Assembly: GCA_020831705.1 (NCBI GenBank) | Contig: JAFIGB010000279.1 | Location: 1-44,464 of the forward strand | Origin: Candidatus Sumerlaeia bacterium | GTDB lineage: Bacteria; Sumerlaeota; Sumerlaeia; SLMS01 | Reading direction: 5' to 3' | Length of the DNA: 44,464 bases | Shown here: piece by piece, positions 1 to 8,510 of the stretch | Position numbering within the stretch: position 1 is the first letter of the stretch | Layout of the letters: every line of letters begins with the position of its first letter | Program-made: the position numbers and the translations under genes | Notes under the pieces: model-generated | Databases searched by the model: none | What the model saw: the letters and a program-made list of their open reading frames with translations, nothing else | Told to the model about the DNA's origin: nothing

Positions 1-671
1 TCCTGTCGCAGGGCACCCGCTCCCCGGCGGCGAAGGATGTCGTTTCCCCCAAGGAGCAACACAATCAGTTCGGGTTCCCAGTCGTCACGAGCAGGGTGCC
101 AATTCCCGCCCCGGACCACCTCCGACCAGCGATTCAGCGACCCGCCCGCCGTATCACCGGGGTATGCGAGGGAAACAACCTCGGCACCCTGACCAAGGCG
201 CTCCTGAAGGATCACCGGCCAAAGGCGATCCACCCCGTCGTTTGGTACACCGGCGGTCAGGGAGTCGCCAAAGACAACGATCCTGCTGACGGGGCCGATG
301 CTTCCCCCCTCCGGCTGGTTCCCTTCGACCAGATACCCAATCCCACTGACGGAAACGGCCAGGAGCAGCAACAACCAACCCGGTACAAGCCCCTCGGGAT
401 GGCGCAACATTGCTCCGTAGGAAATCAGAAGGCCCGCCAGGGGAACGATCGTGAGGATATCAAAGGCGAGCATGCCGCCCAACCACATGGTCAGCACGCC
501 CCCCAGAAACCCGGCCAGGGGATAAAGGCGATTTGCATTCTCCCCGTGAAGTGCCCAAAGCCCAAGACCTGCCGAGACACCGAACGCCGCTGCAAGGCCG
601 GTGAATGTGGGCGCGAAAAACAGAACGGAAAGGGGCAAAAATCCAATGATGGGAACAAACAACCAGTTCAT
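1..671 (-). CDS. SGNH/GDSL-family hydrolase with N-terminal multi-helix membrane region; C-terminus lies beyond the left window edge
   Basis: Absent from the ORF track because there is no stop in the window. My minus-strand translation from ATG 671..669 stays open to base 1. It reads MNWLFVPIIGFLPLSVLFFAPTFTGLAAAFGVSAGLGLW (hydrophobic helices), then SRIVVFGDSLTAGVPNDG (GDSL block I), then LIVLLLGGNDIL (GxND block III). AGGGAG lies about 11 nt upstream of the ATG. Confidence 0.65.
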   Translation of the reverse strand, partial: MNWLFVPIIGFLPLSVLFFAPTFTGLAAAFGVSAGLGLWALHGENANRLYPLAGFLGGVLTMWLGGMLAFDILTIVPLAGLLISYGAMLRHPEGLVPGWLLLLLAVSVSGIGYLVEGNQPEGGSIGPVSRIVVFGDSLTAGVPNDGVDRLWPVILQERLGQGAEVVSLAYPGDTAGGSLNRWSEVVRGGNWHPARDDWEPELIVLLLGGNDILRRRGAGALRQ

Positions 672-831
672 AAAGCGGGGCTCCCTGCAACCCTGCTCCA
701 AGTGTGTGCCTCATCGGGTGAAAGGACAAGTGCTTCCACCAATGGTTGGAGGATTTGGCCAACGGTGGCGTTGACGCCTCGGCAGGAATGTCGCCCCATG
801 GGGCGGGCCTAATTGCCACCGGAGTGAAAGC

Positions 832-2493
832 ATGCGTCTATATCTGGCACAAATGAACACCATTGTCGGGGATCTCGAGGGGAACTCCGGGAAGATCGTG
901 GAAGCATGGAGGCGGGCACGGGAGGCCGGTGCCGATCTCGTCCTGCTTCCGGAACAATGCATCCCCGGGTACCCGGCAAAGGATCTCCTCCTTCAGGAGG
1001 GTTTCATTCGCCGTTGTCATGAGGCCACCGACAGGCTTGCCATCGAGTGCAAGGACGGCCCGGCCCTTCTGGTTGGGTTTCCCGAGCGCCACGCCGGTTC
1101 CGGCAAGCGTCTCTTCAACAGCGCGGCACTCCTTCGCGGTGGCAGGGTCGAGGCAATCTACCGGAAAGGGCTGCTTCCAACCTACGACGTTTTTGATGAA
1201 TTGCGCTACTTTGACAGCGCCAATCAACCCCTTGTGTTCGAGTGCGCTGGTGTTCGCGTTGGCATTACGATTTGCGAGGATTGCTGGAACGACGAGCTTT
1301 ATTGGTCCCACCGTCTATACGACCGTGACCCGGTGGAGGAATCCGTCAAGGCGGGTGCCCAGCTGGTGGTGAACCTGAGCGCGTCGCCCTTCACCCTTGG
1401 GAAGCTGGCCGTCCGCCGGGCCATGCTTGCGGAAACGGCGCGCCGCCACGGGATTGCCTTTGCGATGAACAACCTGGTGGGCGGCAACGACGACCTGGTC
1501 TTCGATGGCTCCTCCATGGTCTTTGCACCGGATGGCAGCAAGGTTTGCGAGCTCCCTGCGCTGGATTCCGGGGATGCGGTTATAGACATTGAGGGCGACA
1601 AGGATTTGGGGGCACGTTGTGTGGAATGCTCCCCCTGCGAGGATCTCCCCCGCCTGGAAGCGTTGCGCCGCGCCCTTGTCCTCGGAACCCGGGACTACCT
1701 GGAGAAATGTGGCTTCAGGAAGGCCCTCATCGGTCTGAGCGGCGGCATTGATTCCGCCCTCGTCGCCGCCATCGCCGTGGAGGCCCTCGGGGCGGAAAAC
1801 GTCCAGGGTGTTTCGATGCCATCGCGCTACAGCAGCGACCATTCGGTCTCCGATGCGGAACAACTGGCGAACAACCTGGGCATGGGATATACATCCGTTC
1901 CCATCGAAGGGCTTTTCTCCCAGGTTCAGACGGACCTTTCGGAGCTCGTCCCCACCAAGGGAAGCGGCCTCGCCTATGAAAACGCCCAGGCCCGTCTCAG
2001 GGGTGTCATCCTCATGACGATTTCCAATGCATCCGGCGCCCTCGTCCTGACGACGGGAAACAAAAGCGAACTGAGCGTTGGGTATTGCACGCTTTACGGG
2101 GACATGTGCGGAGGATTGGCCGTCATTGCGGATGTTCCCAAGATGGATGTCTATGCACTTTCGCGACATATCAACGAGACGGCAGGGCGGGAACTGATTC
2201 CGGAAAACACGCTGGTGAAGCCACCCTCCGCCGAGTTGGCCCCCGACCAGAAGGACAGCGACTCGCTCCCTCCCTACGAGGAACTCGACCCCATCATTCA
2301 GGGATATGTGGAGGAGGGGCTTGATGAGGATGGCCTTGCAGGCCGCGGCCATGACCGCGAGACCGTTCGGCGGATTCTTCGCCTCATTGCCGTCAATGAA
2401 TACAAGCGTCGTCAGGCCGCCCCGGCATTGAAGGTCACCTCCCGCGCTTTCGGATTTGGATGGCGCATGCCCCTTGCCCGGAAACTCCCCTGA
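832..2493 (+). CDS. nadE: Glutamine-dependent NAD+ synthetase (CN-hydrolase glutaminase domain fused to NAD synthetase domain)
   Basis: 553-aa ORF. The N-terminal half is nitrilase/CN-hydrolase-like (LVLLPEQCIPGYP, GITICEDCWN with the Cys nucleophile). The C-terminal half carries the PP-loop LIGLSGGIDSALVA and TGNKSELSVGYCTLYGD. GGAG lies 7 nt upstream of the ATG. Confidence 0.95.
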   Translation: MRLYLAQMNTIVGDLEGNSGKIVEAWRRAREAGADLVLLPEQCIPGYPAKDLLLQEGFIRRCHEATDRLAIECKDGPALLVGFPERHAGSGKRLFNSAALLRGGRVEAIYRKGLLPTYDVFDELRYFDSANQPLVFECAGVRVGITICEDCWNDELYWSHRLYDRDPVEESVKAGAQLVVNLSASPFTLGKLAVRRAMLAETARRHGIAFAMNNLVGGNDDLVFDGSSMVFAPDGSKVCELPALDSGDAVIDIEGDKDLGARCVECSPCEDLPRLEALRRALVLGTRDYLEKCGFRKALIGLSGGIDSALVAAIAVEALGAENVQGVSMPSRYSSDHSVSDAEQLANNLGMGYTSVPIEGLFSQVQTDLSELVPTKGSGLAYENAQARLRGVILMTISNASGALVLTTGNKSELSVGYCTLYGDMCGGLAVIADVPKMDVYALSRHINETAGRELIPENTLVKPPSAELAPDQKDSDSLPPYEELDPIIQGYVEEGLDEDGLAGRGHDRETVRRILRLIAVNEYKRRQAAPALKVTSRAFGFGWRMPLARKLP

Positions 2494-2537
2494 GAAGTTT
2501 CCGGGTAGGTTCCCTGTCTATCAGGCCAACGGGCCGT

Positions 2538-3875
2538 TCATGGCTTGATGCCTTCAAGCCGTTGCCAAAGTGCCTTGCTGACTTTTGCGATTTCTTGGCG
2601 TTCACGGACTTCGTCGACCGAGGTGAGGGCACCATCCCGAAGGCGCCATTCACCGGCAACCATGACGTCGGTCACATGGCGTGCGGCCAGGGCGAAGAGA
2701 AAATGCCCGGCCACGTTCCCTTCATGAAGGGGCGTGGAGGGGATATACTTCGTCACGACAATATCGGCCTCGGCACCAACGGCCAGCCTGCCCAGGGTGA
2801 CGCCCAGGAATTTCGAGGCGGTGCGGGCTGCATTGGCGAGCATCGCCAGAACATCGTCGGGTGAAATACCGGCTCCTCCATCACAGGACTTGAACCAGGC
2901 GGTGCGGGCCTCCTCGAACATGTCGGCACCAATACCATCCGTTCCCAACTGAACCGGTATTTTAAGCTTTCCAATCGGCGCATATCCCACGGCGTTGTTC
3001 ATGTTTGAGCGCGTGTTGTGGGCGGATCGCAACCCCTTCGCCGCATTTGCCCGTTGTATATCGCTGGCATTGAGATGAGTGCCATGGGCGAGGAGCAGTC
3101 TTTCTCCAAGAAGCCCGTGGCGTTCGAGACGATCCACCAGGGGAACATCGTATTTTGAAAGGGTAAGGACCTCGTCGCAGGGATCCTCCGCAACGTGGAG
3201 ATGGACGGCGCTCTTGTGACGCACCGCCAGGTCGGCAAGCGCCGCCATGGATTCCTCGTCGAGGGTAAATGATGCATGTCCACCAATGAGTGCCCCGTAT
3301 TTACCGCCGCTGGATTTCGCACATTTCCCCAGGTAGCGTTCCGATTCCGCGAGGCCCGCCACACGGCCATCCCTGCCATTTCGATCGGTGACCTCGTAGC
3401 AAAGTAGTCCGCGAACGCCCACCTTGGCGAGGCCCGCTTCAATCATGTCGAGGGAGCCGTCTATACATTCCGGGGAGGCATGGTGATCGATGAATGTGGT
3501 GGTGCCGCAATGAAGGGCGTCCATGGCTCCTGCAAGGGCGGAGGCGGTGTTCGACGCCTCGTCGTGGGCGCGGTCAAGACGCCACCAGACCAACTTGAGG
3601 ATGTCGTGGAAGTTTCGGGGGGTCCTTGGCGGGGCGGGCATTCCCGCGGCCAATGCGGAGTATAGATGGGTGTGACCGTTGACCAGTCCGGGAAGGACAA
3701 CCGCTCCCCCGCAATCATGGACGGTCTCCCCGGGCTCCTTTTCCAGTGAGCCCCGTTCCTTAATTTTTCCGTCTCGTATTCGCAGGTCGCCCGCCTCAAG
3801 TCCGGGCTTTGGTGGGGAGCCTTCCCCTCCCAGGTCCAGATCAAGAAGCAGGGCATTCTTAAGCAGCAGATTCAT
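2538..3875 (-). CDS. ssnA: SsnA-type putative aminohydrolase (amidohydrolase superfamily, chlorohydrolase/deaminase-like)
   Basis: 445-aa ORF with the metal-binding motif LPGLVNGHTHLYSALA. Blocks I recognise from E. coli SsnA: LVWWRLDRAHDEAS, IDHHASPECIDGSL, HNTRSNMNNAVGY, LGTDGIGADMFEE, NVAGHF. The ATG overlaps the stop of the upstream ThrC-like gene (ATGA at 3872-3875). Confidence 0.8.
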   Translation of the reverse strand: MNLLLKNALLLDLDLGGEGSPPKPGLEAGDLRIRDGKIKERGSLEKEPGETVHDCGGAVVLPGLVNGHTHLYSALAAGMPAPPRTPRNFHDILKLVWWRLDRAHDEASNTASALAGAMDALHCGTTTFIDHHASPECIDGSLDMIEAGLAKVGVRGLLCYEVTDRNGRDGRVAGLAESERYLGKCAKSSGGKYGALIGGHASFTLDEESMAALADLAVRHKSAVHLHVAEDPCDEVLTLSKYDVPLVDRLERHGLLGERLLLAHGTHLNASDIQRANAAKGLRSAHNTRSNMNNAVGYAPIGKLKIPVQLGTDGIGADMFEEARTAWFKSCDGGAGISPDDVLAMLANAARTASKFLGVTLGRLAVGAEADIVVTKYIPSTPLHEGNVAGHFLFALAARHVTDVMVAGEWRLRDGALTSVDEVRERQEIAKVSKALWQRLEGIKP

Positions 3876-5119
3876 GGTCGATTATCCTTTCGTACTTCCT
3901 TCTGTACAGCATCCAGATTCGGAGGGACATCCACGGGGCCACCAACAGCCCGCATGGCACCAGCAACATCCTTGAGGCCGTTGCCACTGATCACGGCAAC
4001 GACATGGTCCTTCGGGCCAATGACTCCATCGGCGCGGGCACGGGCAATTCCCGCAATGGCGGCAGCAGCCGCTGGCTCGGCAAAGACTCCCGAGTGATGT
4101 CCGGTCCGGCGAACAGCCTCCAGGATTTCCCCATCATTCACCGTTGTATAGACACCGCCACTGGTGCGCACGGCATTGACGGCCTTGCGCCAGTTTCGTG
4201 GTACGGGGCAATTGATGCTGTCTGCGTAGGTATCCCCACCACCGGAACGATCCAAGCTTCCGCTGTCGAATGCGGCAGCAATGGGGGCGACCCCTTCTGC
4301 CTGGACACCCAGCATCCGGCATTCCCAGGTGATGATGCCGATCTCGCGCATTTGGCGGATTCCCTTTTCGATCCCCGCAATGGAGCACCCATCGCCCACA
4401 CTGGCGGAGACCCAGTCGGGGGGATCATCCATGAGTTGCTCGGCAATTTCCATCCCGCCGGTTTTCTTTCCCTCCACCAGCCAGGGATTTACGGCAGCGT
4501 TGCGGTTGTACCAGCCGAATTCCTCGCAGGCATCCATGCAAAGGCGCCAGGCCTCGTCGTAGGTCCCCTGAACGCGGAAGACGCGGGCACCGTAGGCCAG
4601 CAATTGCGCCAGTTTTCCATCGGGGATGCGTGCGGAAACGAAAATATTACAGGGGATTCCTGCGGCGGCGGCGCAATGGGCGAGACTGCTCGCTGCGTTC
4701 CCCGTCGAGGCGCAGGCAATCTGGTCCGCCCCGGAGGCCAGGGCGAGGGAAACACCGACGGCACTTGCGCGGTCCTTGAACGAGGCAGATGCTCCCCGGC
4801 TGTCATCCTTGAGGTGAAGGCGGCGCACTCCAAGGGCCTTGGCGAGACGGGGGGCCTCGATCATGGGAGTCCAGCCGATGTCACGGGGAACGAGGGGCAA
4901 CCCCTCGCCGATGGGCAAAAGCTCCTCGTAGCGCCAGTGATTCCGGGGGCGCTGGGCAAGGACGGGGCGTGTCAGCGTCTTGCGGACCCGGTCGATATCG
5001 AAGATGACGTCCAGGATGCCTTCGTCGAGACCGCAGTCCGGGCACCAATTCGTTTCACCGGGGGCATACGATTTTCCGCATTGGACACATTGCAGATGGC
5101 TGATTGTAGATCGATACAC
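3872..5119 (-). CDS. Threonine synthase-like fold-type-II PLP enzyme with N-terminal zinc ribbon
   Basis: CxxC...CxxC ribbon (CVQCGKSYAPGETNWCPDCG), PLP-lysine motif ASFKDRAS, and ASTGNAASSLA loop. The track ORF runs to 5248, but residues 1-43 are Pro/Ser-rich. The GTG at about 5119 has AAGGAG about 9 nt upstream, so I place the start there. Confidence 0.75.
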   Translation of the reverse strand: MYRSTISHLQCVQCGKSYAPGETNWCPDCGLDEGILDVIFDIDRVRKTLTRPVLAQRPRNHWRYEELLPIGEGLPLVPRDIGWTPMIEAPRLAKALGVRRLHLKDDSRGASASFKDRASAVGVSLALASGADQIACASTGNAASSLAHCAAAAGIPCNIFVSARIPDGKLAQLLAYGARVFRVQGTYDEAWRLCMDACEEFGWYNRNAAVNPWLVEGKKTGGMEIAEQLMDDPPDWVSASVGDGCSIAGIEKGIRQMREIGIITWECRMLGVQAEGVAPIAAAFDSGSLDRSGGGDTYADSINCPVPRNWRKAVNAVRTSGGVYTTVNDGEILEAVRRTGHHSGVFAEPAAAAAIAGIARARADGVIGPKDHVVAVISGNGLKDVAGAMRAVGGPVDVPPNLDAVQKEVRKDNRP

Positions 5120-5322
5120 GGGTGATCGGCTCCTTTCACACCAACGGGCAAGTATGGGGGGAAAAGGGGGTGGTGGGAAGGAAGAAATGCACGGGATGGC
5201 CGAAATCTTCCCCCAGGGTGATGCCGCAAGTCTTGACACTTCCGCCATGGGGAATGCCTATTACTGGGTTGCAGGGACCAATTCCGTCCCTCCCCCCGTT
5301 TATTTGACTGAGGAGACCCGCC

Positions 5323-6789
5323 TTGAAGAAAATCATCCAGGAAATCCGTGAAGATATCGTCGAGAAGAACGCCGCGCGGTGTCGGGAACGGGGCATTACC
5401 CTTCCCACATTCGCCCAGATGAAGGATCCATCGAAGATTCCCGCCTCGATCAAGGAGCGTCTTTCCAAGGTTGGCTTGTGGGATCTGGACCCCGCGAACC
5501 TTTACCGGATTACCTGGAAGAACGAACCGGTTGCCAGCGGCGGCGGATTCAACAACGGCAACTGGGTGGAATTCCCCGAGGCCCTGACCGGTGTTCCCGC
5601 CCGCATTGTCGGCTTTGTCGGGAAGCATTTTCCCACCGGTGCCCACAAGGTGGGAGCCGCATACGGATGCCTGGCTCCCCGGTTGGTGACCGGGCAATTT
5701 GATCCCGACACCCAGAAGGCCGTCTGGCCAAGCACGGGGAATTATTGCCGGGGCGGCGCCTTTGATTGCGCCCTTCTCGATTGTACTCCCGTGGCGATCC
5801 TCCCCGAGGGGATGTCCTCGGAACGATTCGACTGGTTGCGGGAAATCGGTGCCGAGGTCATCGCGACACCCGGCAGTGAATCCAATGTGAAGGAAATATA
5901 TGACAAGTGCTGGGAGATTCGGCGCACGCGGCCGGATTGTGTGATCTTCAACCAGTTTGAGGAATTCGGCAACGCCATTTGGCATTACGAGGTCACTGGT
6001 AGCTTCATCCAGGACCTTCACAAGCGCATCGCAGGACCAAAGGGCCGCATGGCGGGGTACGTTTCCGCAACCGGTTCGGCGGGGACCATTGCCGCTGGTG
6101 ACTTCCTCCGCACCCTCCATCCCGCCCTCCGCGTTGTTGCCGTGGAGGCCCTTCAATGCCCGACGCTCCTCCATTACGGCTTCGGGGAACATCGCATCGA
6201 AGGAATCGGCGATAAGCACCTTCCCTGGGTGCACAATATTCGCAACACGGACATGATTTGCGCCGTCGATGACGAGGCAACGATTCAGCTCATGCGCCTG
6301 TTCAATGAACAGACCGGCCATGAGTTCCTCCGCGGCGAAGGCGTCCCCGAGGAAACCATCGCCCAGCTCGACCTGTTGGGGATTTCCTGCATCTGCAATC
6401 TTGTCGCCGCCATTAAGATGGCAAAGTATTACGAACTCGGGCCGGATGATATTGTCTACTTCCCCCAGACCGACTCCATGCAGCTTTACCAGTCACGACT
6501 CGCCGAGCAGCGCGAGGCCAACGGGGAATACAGCAACATCGACGCGGCGCGCCATTTCTCCCGGTATTTGGAGGGACTCGGCCTCGATTACATGCGCGAG
6601 CTGAATTACTACGACCGCAAATCACTGCACAACTTTAAGTACTTCACCTGGGTCGAGCAACAGGGCAGGACATCGGAGGAATTGCGTGAATTGTGGGACC
6701 CCGAGTTTTGGGAGTTCACCTGGGCACAGGCCCGGGAATGGGATCAATTGATCGAGGACTTTAACAAGCGAATCGAAGCAGGAACCTGA
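5323..6789 (+). CDS. Fold-type-II PLP-dependent enzyme (PALP / Trp-synthase-beta superfamily), 488 aa, specific function unknown
   Basis: TTG start with GAGGAG about 7 nt upstream. Motifs FPTGAHKVGAAYG (candidate PLP lysine, TrpB-like GAHK), WPSTGNYCRGGAFD (SxGN loop) and SATGSAGTI (phosphate-binding Gly-rich loop). A long C-terminal extension has no motif I recognise. Confidence 0.7.
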   Translation: MKKIIQEIREDIVEKNAARCRERGITLPTFAQMKDPSKIPASIKERLSKVGLWDLDPANLYRITWKNEPVASGGGFNNGNWVEFPEALTGVPARIVGFVGKHFPTGAHKVGAAYGCLAPRLVTGQFDPDTQKAVWPSTGNYCRGGAFDCALLDCTPVAILPEGMSSERFDWLREIGAEVIATPGSESNVKEIYDKCWEIRRTRPDCVIFNQFEEFGNAIWHYEVTGSFIQDLHKRIAGPKGRMAGYVSATGSAGTIAAGDFLRTLHPALRVVAVEALQCPTLLHYGFGEHRIEGIGDKHLPWVHNIRNTDMICAVDDEATIQLMRLFNEQTGHEFLRGEGVPEETIAQLDLLGISCICNLVAAIKMAKYYELGPDDIVYFPQTDSMQLYQSRLAEQREANGEYSNIDAARHFSRYLEGLGLDYMRELNYYDRKSLHNFKYFTWVEQQGRTSEELRELWDPEFWEFTWAQAREWDQLIEDFNKRIEAGT

Positions 6790-6790
6790 T

Positions 6791-7168
6791 TCAACCATCA
6801 ACCCCGGTTGCCCGATCGATGACCTCGAGAAGGTCGGGGATTTTGAACGGCTTGGTCACGTAATCAAAGGCACCCTTTTTCATCAGCTGGTAATGCTGTT
6901 GAAGTTCCGCATACCCGGTAATGAGGACGACCTTGAGGTCGGGACAAAGGGCTCGGGCCTCCTCCATGAGCTGCTCGCCGTCCTTTTCCGGCATTTTAAT
7001 GTCGGTAATCAGGAGGTCGAAGTCCGGATTGGTCTTCAGGATTCGCAGGGCATCGCGGCCATTGGCAGCGGTCTCCACATCGAATCCCTCGCGGGTGAGG
7101 GTTCGCTGGAGCAGCATCCTGAGATCAAGCTCGTCTTCTGCGATCAGGAGTCGGAATTTTTCTTTCAT
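6791..7168 (-). CDS. Stand-alone response-regulator receiver domain protein (CheY-like)
   Basis: 125 aa. Acidic pocket LLIAEDE, phospho-acceptor context DLLITDIKMPEKDG, VVLITGY and TKPF (conserved T and K). No output domain and no adjacent histidine kinase. Confidence 0.9.
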   Translation of the reverse strand: MKEKFRLLIAEDELDLRMLLQRTLTREGFDVETAANGRDALRILKTNPDFDLLITDIKMPEKDGEQLMEEARALCPDLKVVLITGYAELQQHYQLMKKGAFDYVTKPFKIPDLLEVIDRATGVDG

Positions 7169-7602
7169 GGATCACCGGTTCGGAGCTGGTTTGGAGAGGA
7201 TCACGCGTCAACGCTTTCTCTTGGCAGATTCACTGTTGATTGCAAGGGAAATGGGAAGCCCGGGATCTACTTTCCTCTTCCTGGACGGTACATCATCAGA
7301 ATTGGTATCTACTCCCATTTGTTAACATTCGATGAGTTCCAAGATTTGTACTTGGTCGATGCGGCTACTGAAATAGGGTGTTTCCAATGTTCAATTCCCG
7401 ATAATTCAAGGTAATCTATGATCATGCTGCTACCATTATTTGTCACCTCCCTGCCTCAAATTCGACAAGTACAGGAGTACAATTCACGCAAGATTATACA
7501 AACACCACGGTACAACCTTCGTTTGGGGATGAATTCCCCTTGCACGAATCATGCTCTCGGCTTTGAGTCGGAACGTCAAATACCCCCCAGGAGACTTGGA
7601 AA

Positions 7603-8283
7603 ATGACAAACATTCTCAGCAGGAAAACAAAAGGGTTCACACTTATTGAACTCCTGATTGTAGTGGCGATTATTGCCATTTTGGCAGCGATTGCCGTCCC
7701 CAACTTTTTGGAAGCCCAAGTCCGGTCGAAAGTGTCCCGTGCCCGCGCGGACATGAGGACGATGGCAACGGCGCTGGAAACCTACTTTGTGGATCACAAC
7801 CGTTATCCCGTCCCCCACGGCAATGCCCCCTTCCGCATCCCGGGGAGCCAGCAGTTCAATGGTTACGGCGAGCCGCGTAGTCTCGGCTTCAGCACCGTCC
7901 CCCCCGAAATCACCACCCCCATCGCCTACCTGACATCGGTCACCCCCGACGTCTTCAAATTCGGCAAGCGCGCCCTGACGGAAGCGCACCCGAACACCCC
8001 CGCCGCGCGCGCCTATGAATCGGGCAACCCCTTTGATATGACCTTCATCTACCATCCCGTTGGCTTCTGGGCCACCGTTCCGGGTTCCGGATTTGACGCG
8101 GGTGACGTGACTGACTACGGACTTTGGCGCCTGTTCTCCATCGGACCGGACGGTCTCTACAATCGCCTCGGCACCGTCAGTCCGGACGGCGGATGGAAGT
8201 ATGATCCGACAAATGGTACCGTCTCCGGTGGTTTCATCCTCCGCACCCAGAAGGATCCCATTGGCGAGAACTTCAGCCGCTAA
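7603..8283 (+). CDS. Prepilin-type N-terminal cleavage/methylation domain protein (type II secretion/type IV pseudopilin-like)
   Basis: N-terminus KGFTLIELLIVVAIIAILAAIAVPNFLEAQVRSK is the class-III signal plus hydrophobic helix. The C-terminal SIGPDG...YDPTNGTVSGG matches the GspG-like pseudopilin tail. AGGAG lies about 10 nt upstream of the ATG. Confidence 0.9.
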   Translation: MTNILSRKTKGFTLIELLIVVAIIAILAAIAVPNFLEAQVRSKVSRARADMRTMATALETYFVDHNRYPVPHGNAPFRIPGSQQFNGYGEPRSLGFSTVPPEITTPIAYLTSVTPDVFKFGKRALTEAHPNTPAARAYESGNPFDMTFIYHPVGFWATVPGSGFDAGDVTDYGLWRLFSIGPDGLYNRLGTVSPDGGWKYDPTNGTVSGGFILRTQKDPIGENFSR

Positions 8284-8321
8284 TCCGGCGAAAACCCGGA
8301 GAGCATAAAGCTCCCCCCTGT

Positions 8322-8356
8322 CCCCCCGTCCCTGCGACGGGGGGACATTGTATTTT
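8322..8356 (+). terminator. Putative intrinsic terminator after the pseudopilin gene
   Basis: Perfect 9-bp GC stem CCCCCCGTC / GACGGGGGG with loop CCTGC, followed by ACATTGTATTTT. It starts 39 nt after the stop codon. Confidence 0.5.
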
Positions 8357-8510
8357 CACCCTGAAGGCAGGGGTTGCATCCGTCCCGACATTTCCCCCAC
8401 GGTTGCATCTCCCGGCCAATCCCGGGAGCGGCCTCCTTGGTCTATTCCACCGGTGACTGGCAGGACCGCCGACACCCCAGCCACCCAAGCCCGGAGCTTC
8501 ATTTCCCATC

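Noticed and set aside
96-812. 238-aa plus-strand ORF (and minus-strand ORFs 460-819, 711-962) at the left end
   Set aside because: Arg/Pro/Gly-rich low-complexity translation with no motifs. It lies antisense or out of frame to a convincing GDSL-hydrolase reading frame on the minus strand (1-671) and runs through the nadE promoter region.
5150-5190. G-rich tract (GGGGGG AAAA GGGGG T GG T GGG AAGG) as a G-quadruplex, and an apparent frame inconsistency around it
   Set aside because: There are only three clear runs of 3 or more G with acceptable loops, so G4 potential is weak. The frame inconsistency came from my miscounting the homopolymer by one base. The ORF track is continuous, so there is no evidence of a frameshift or pseudogene.
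7222-7244. Sigma-54-like TGGCAG ... TTGCA upstream of the pseudopilin gene
   Set aside because: GG-to-GC spacing is about 19 nt rather than the required 10-11 nt between the -24 and -12 elements. It also sits about 380 nt from the start codon.
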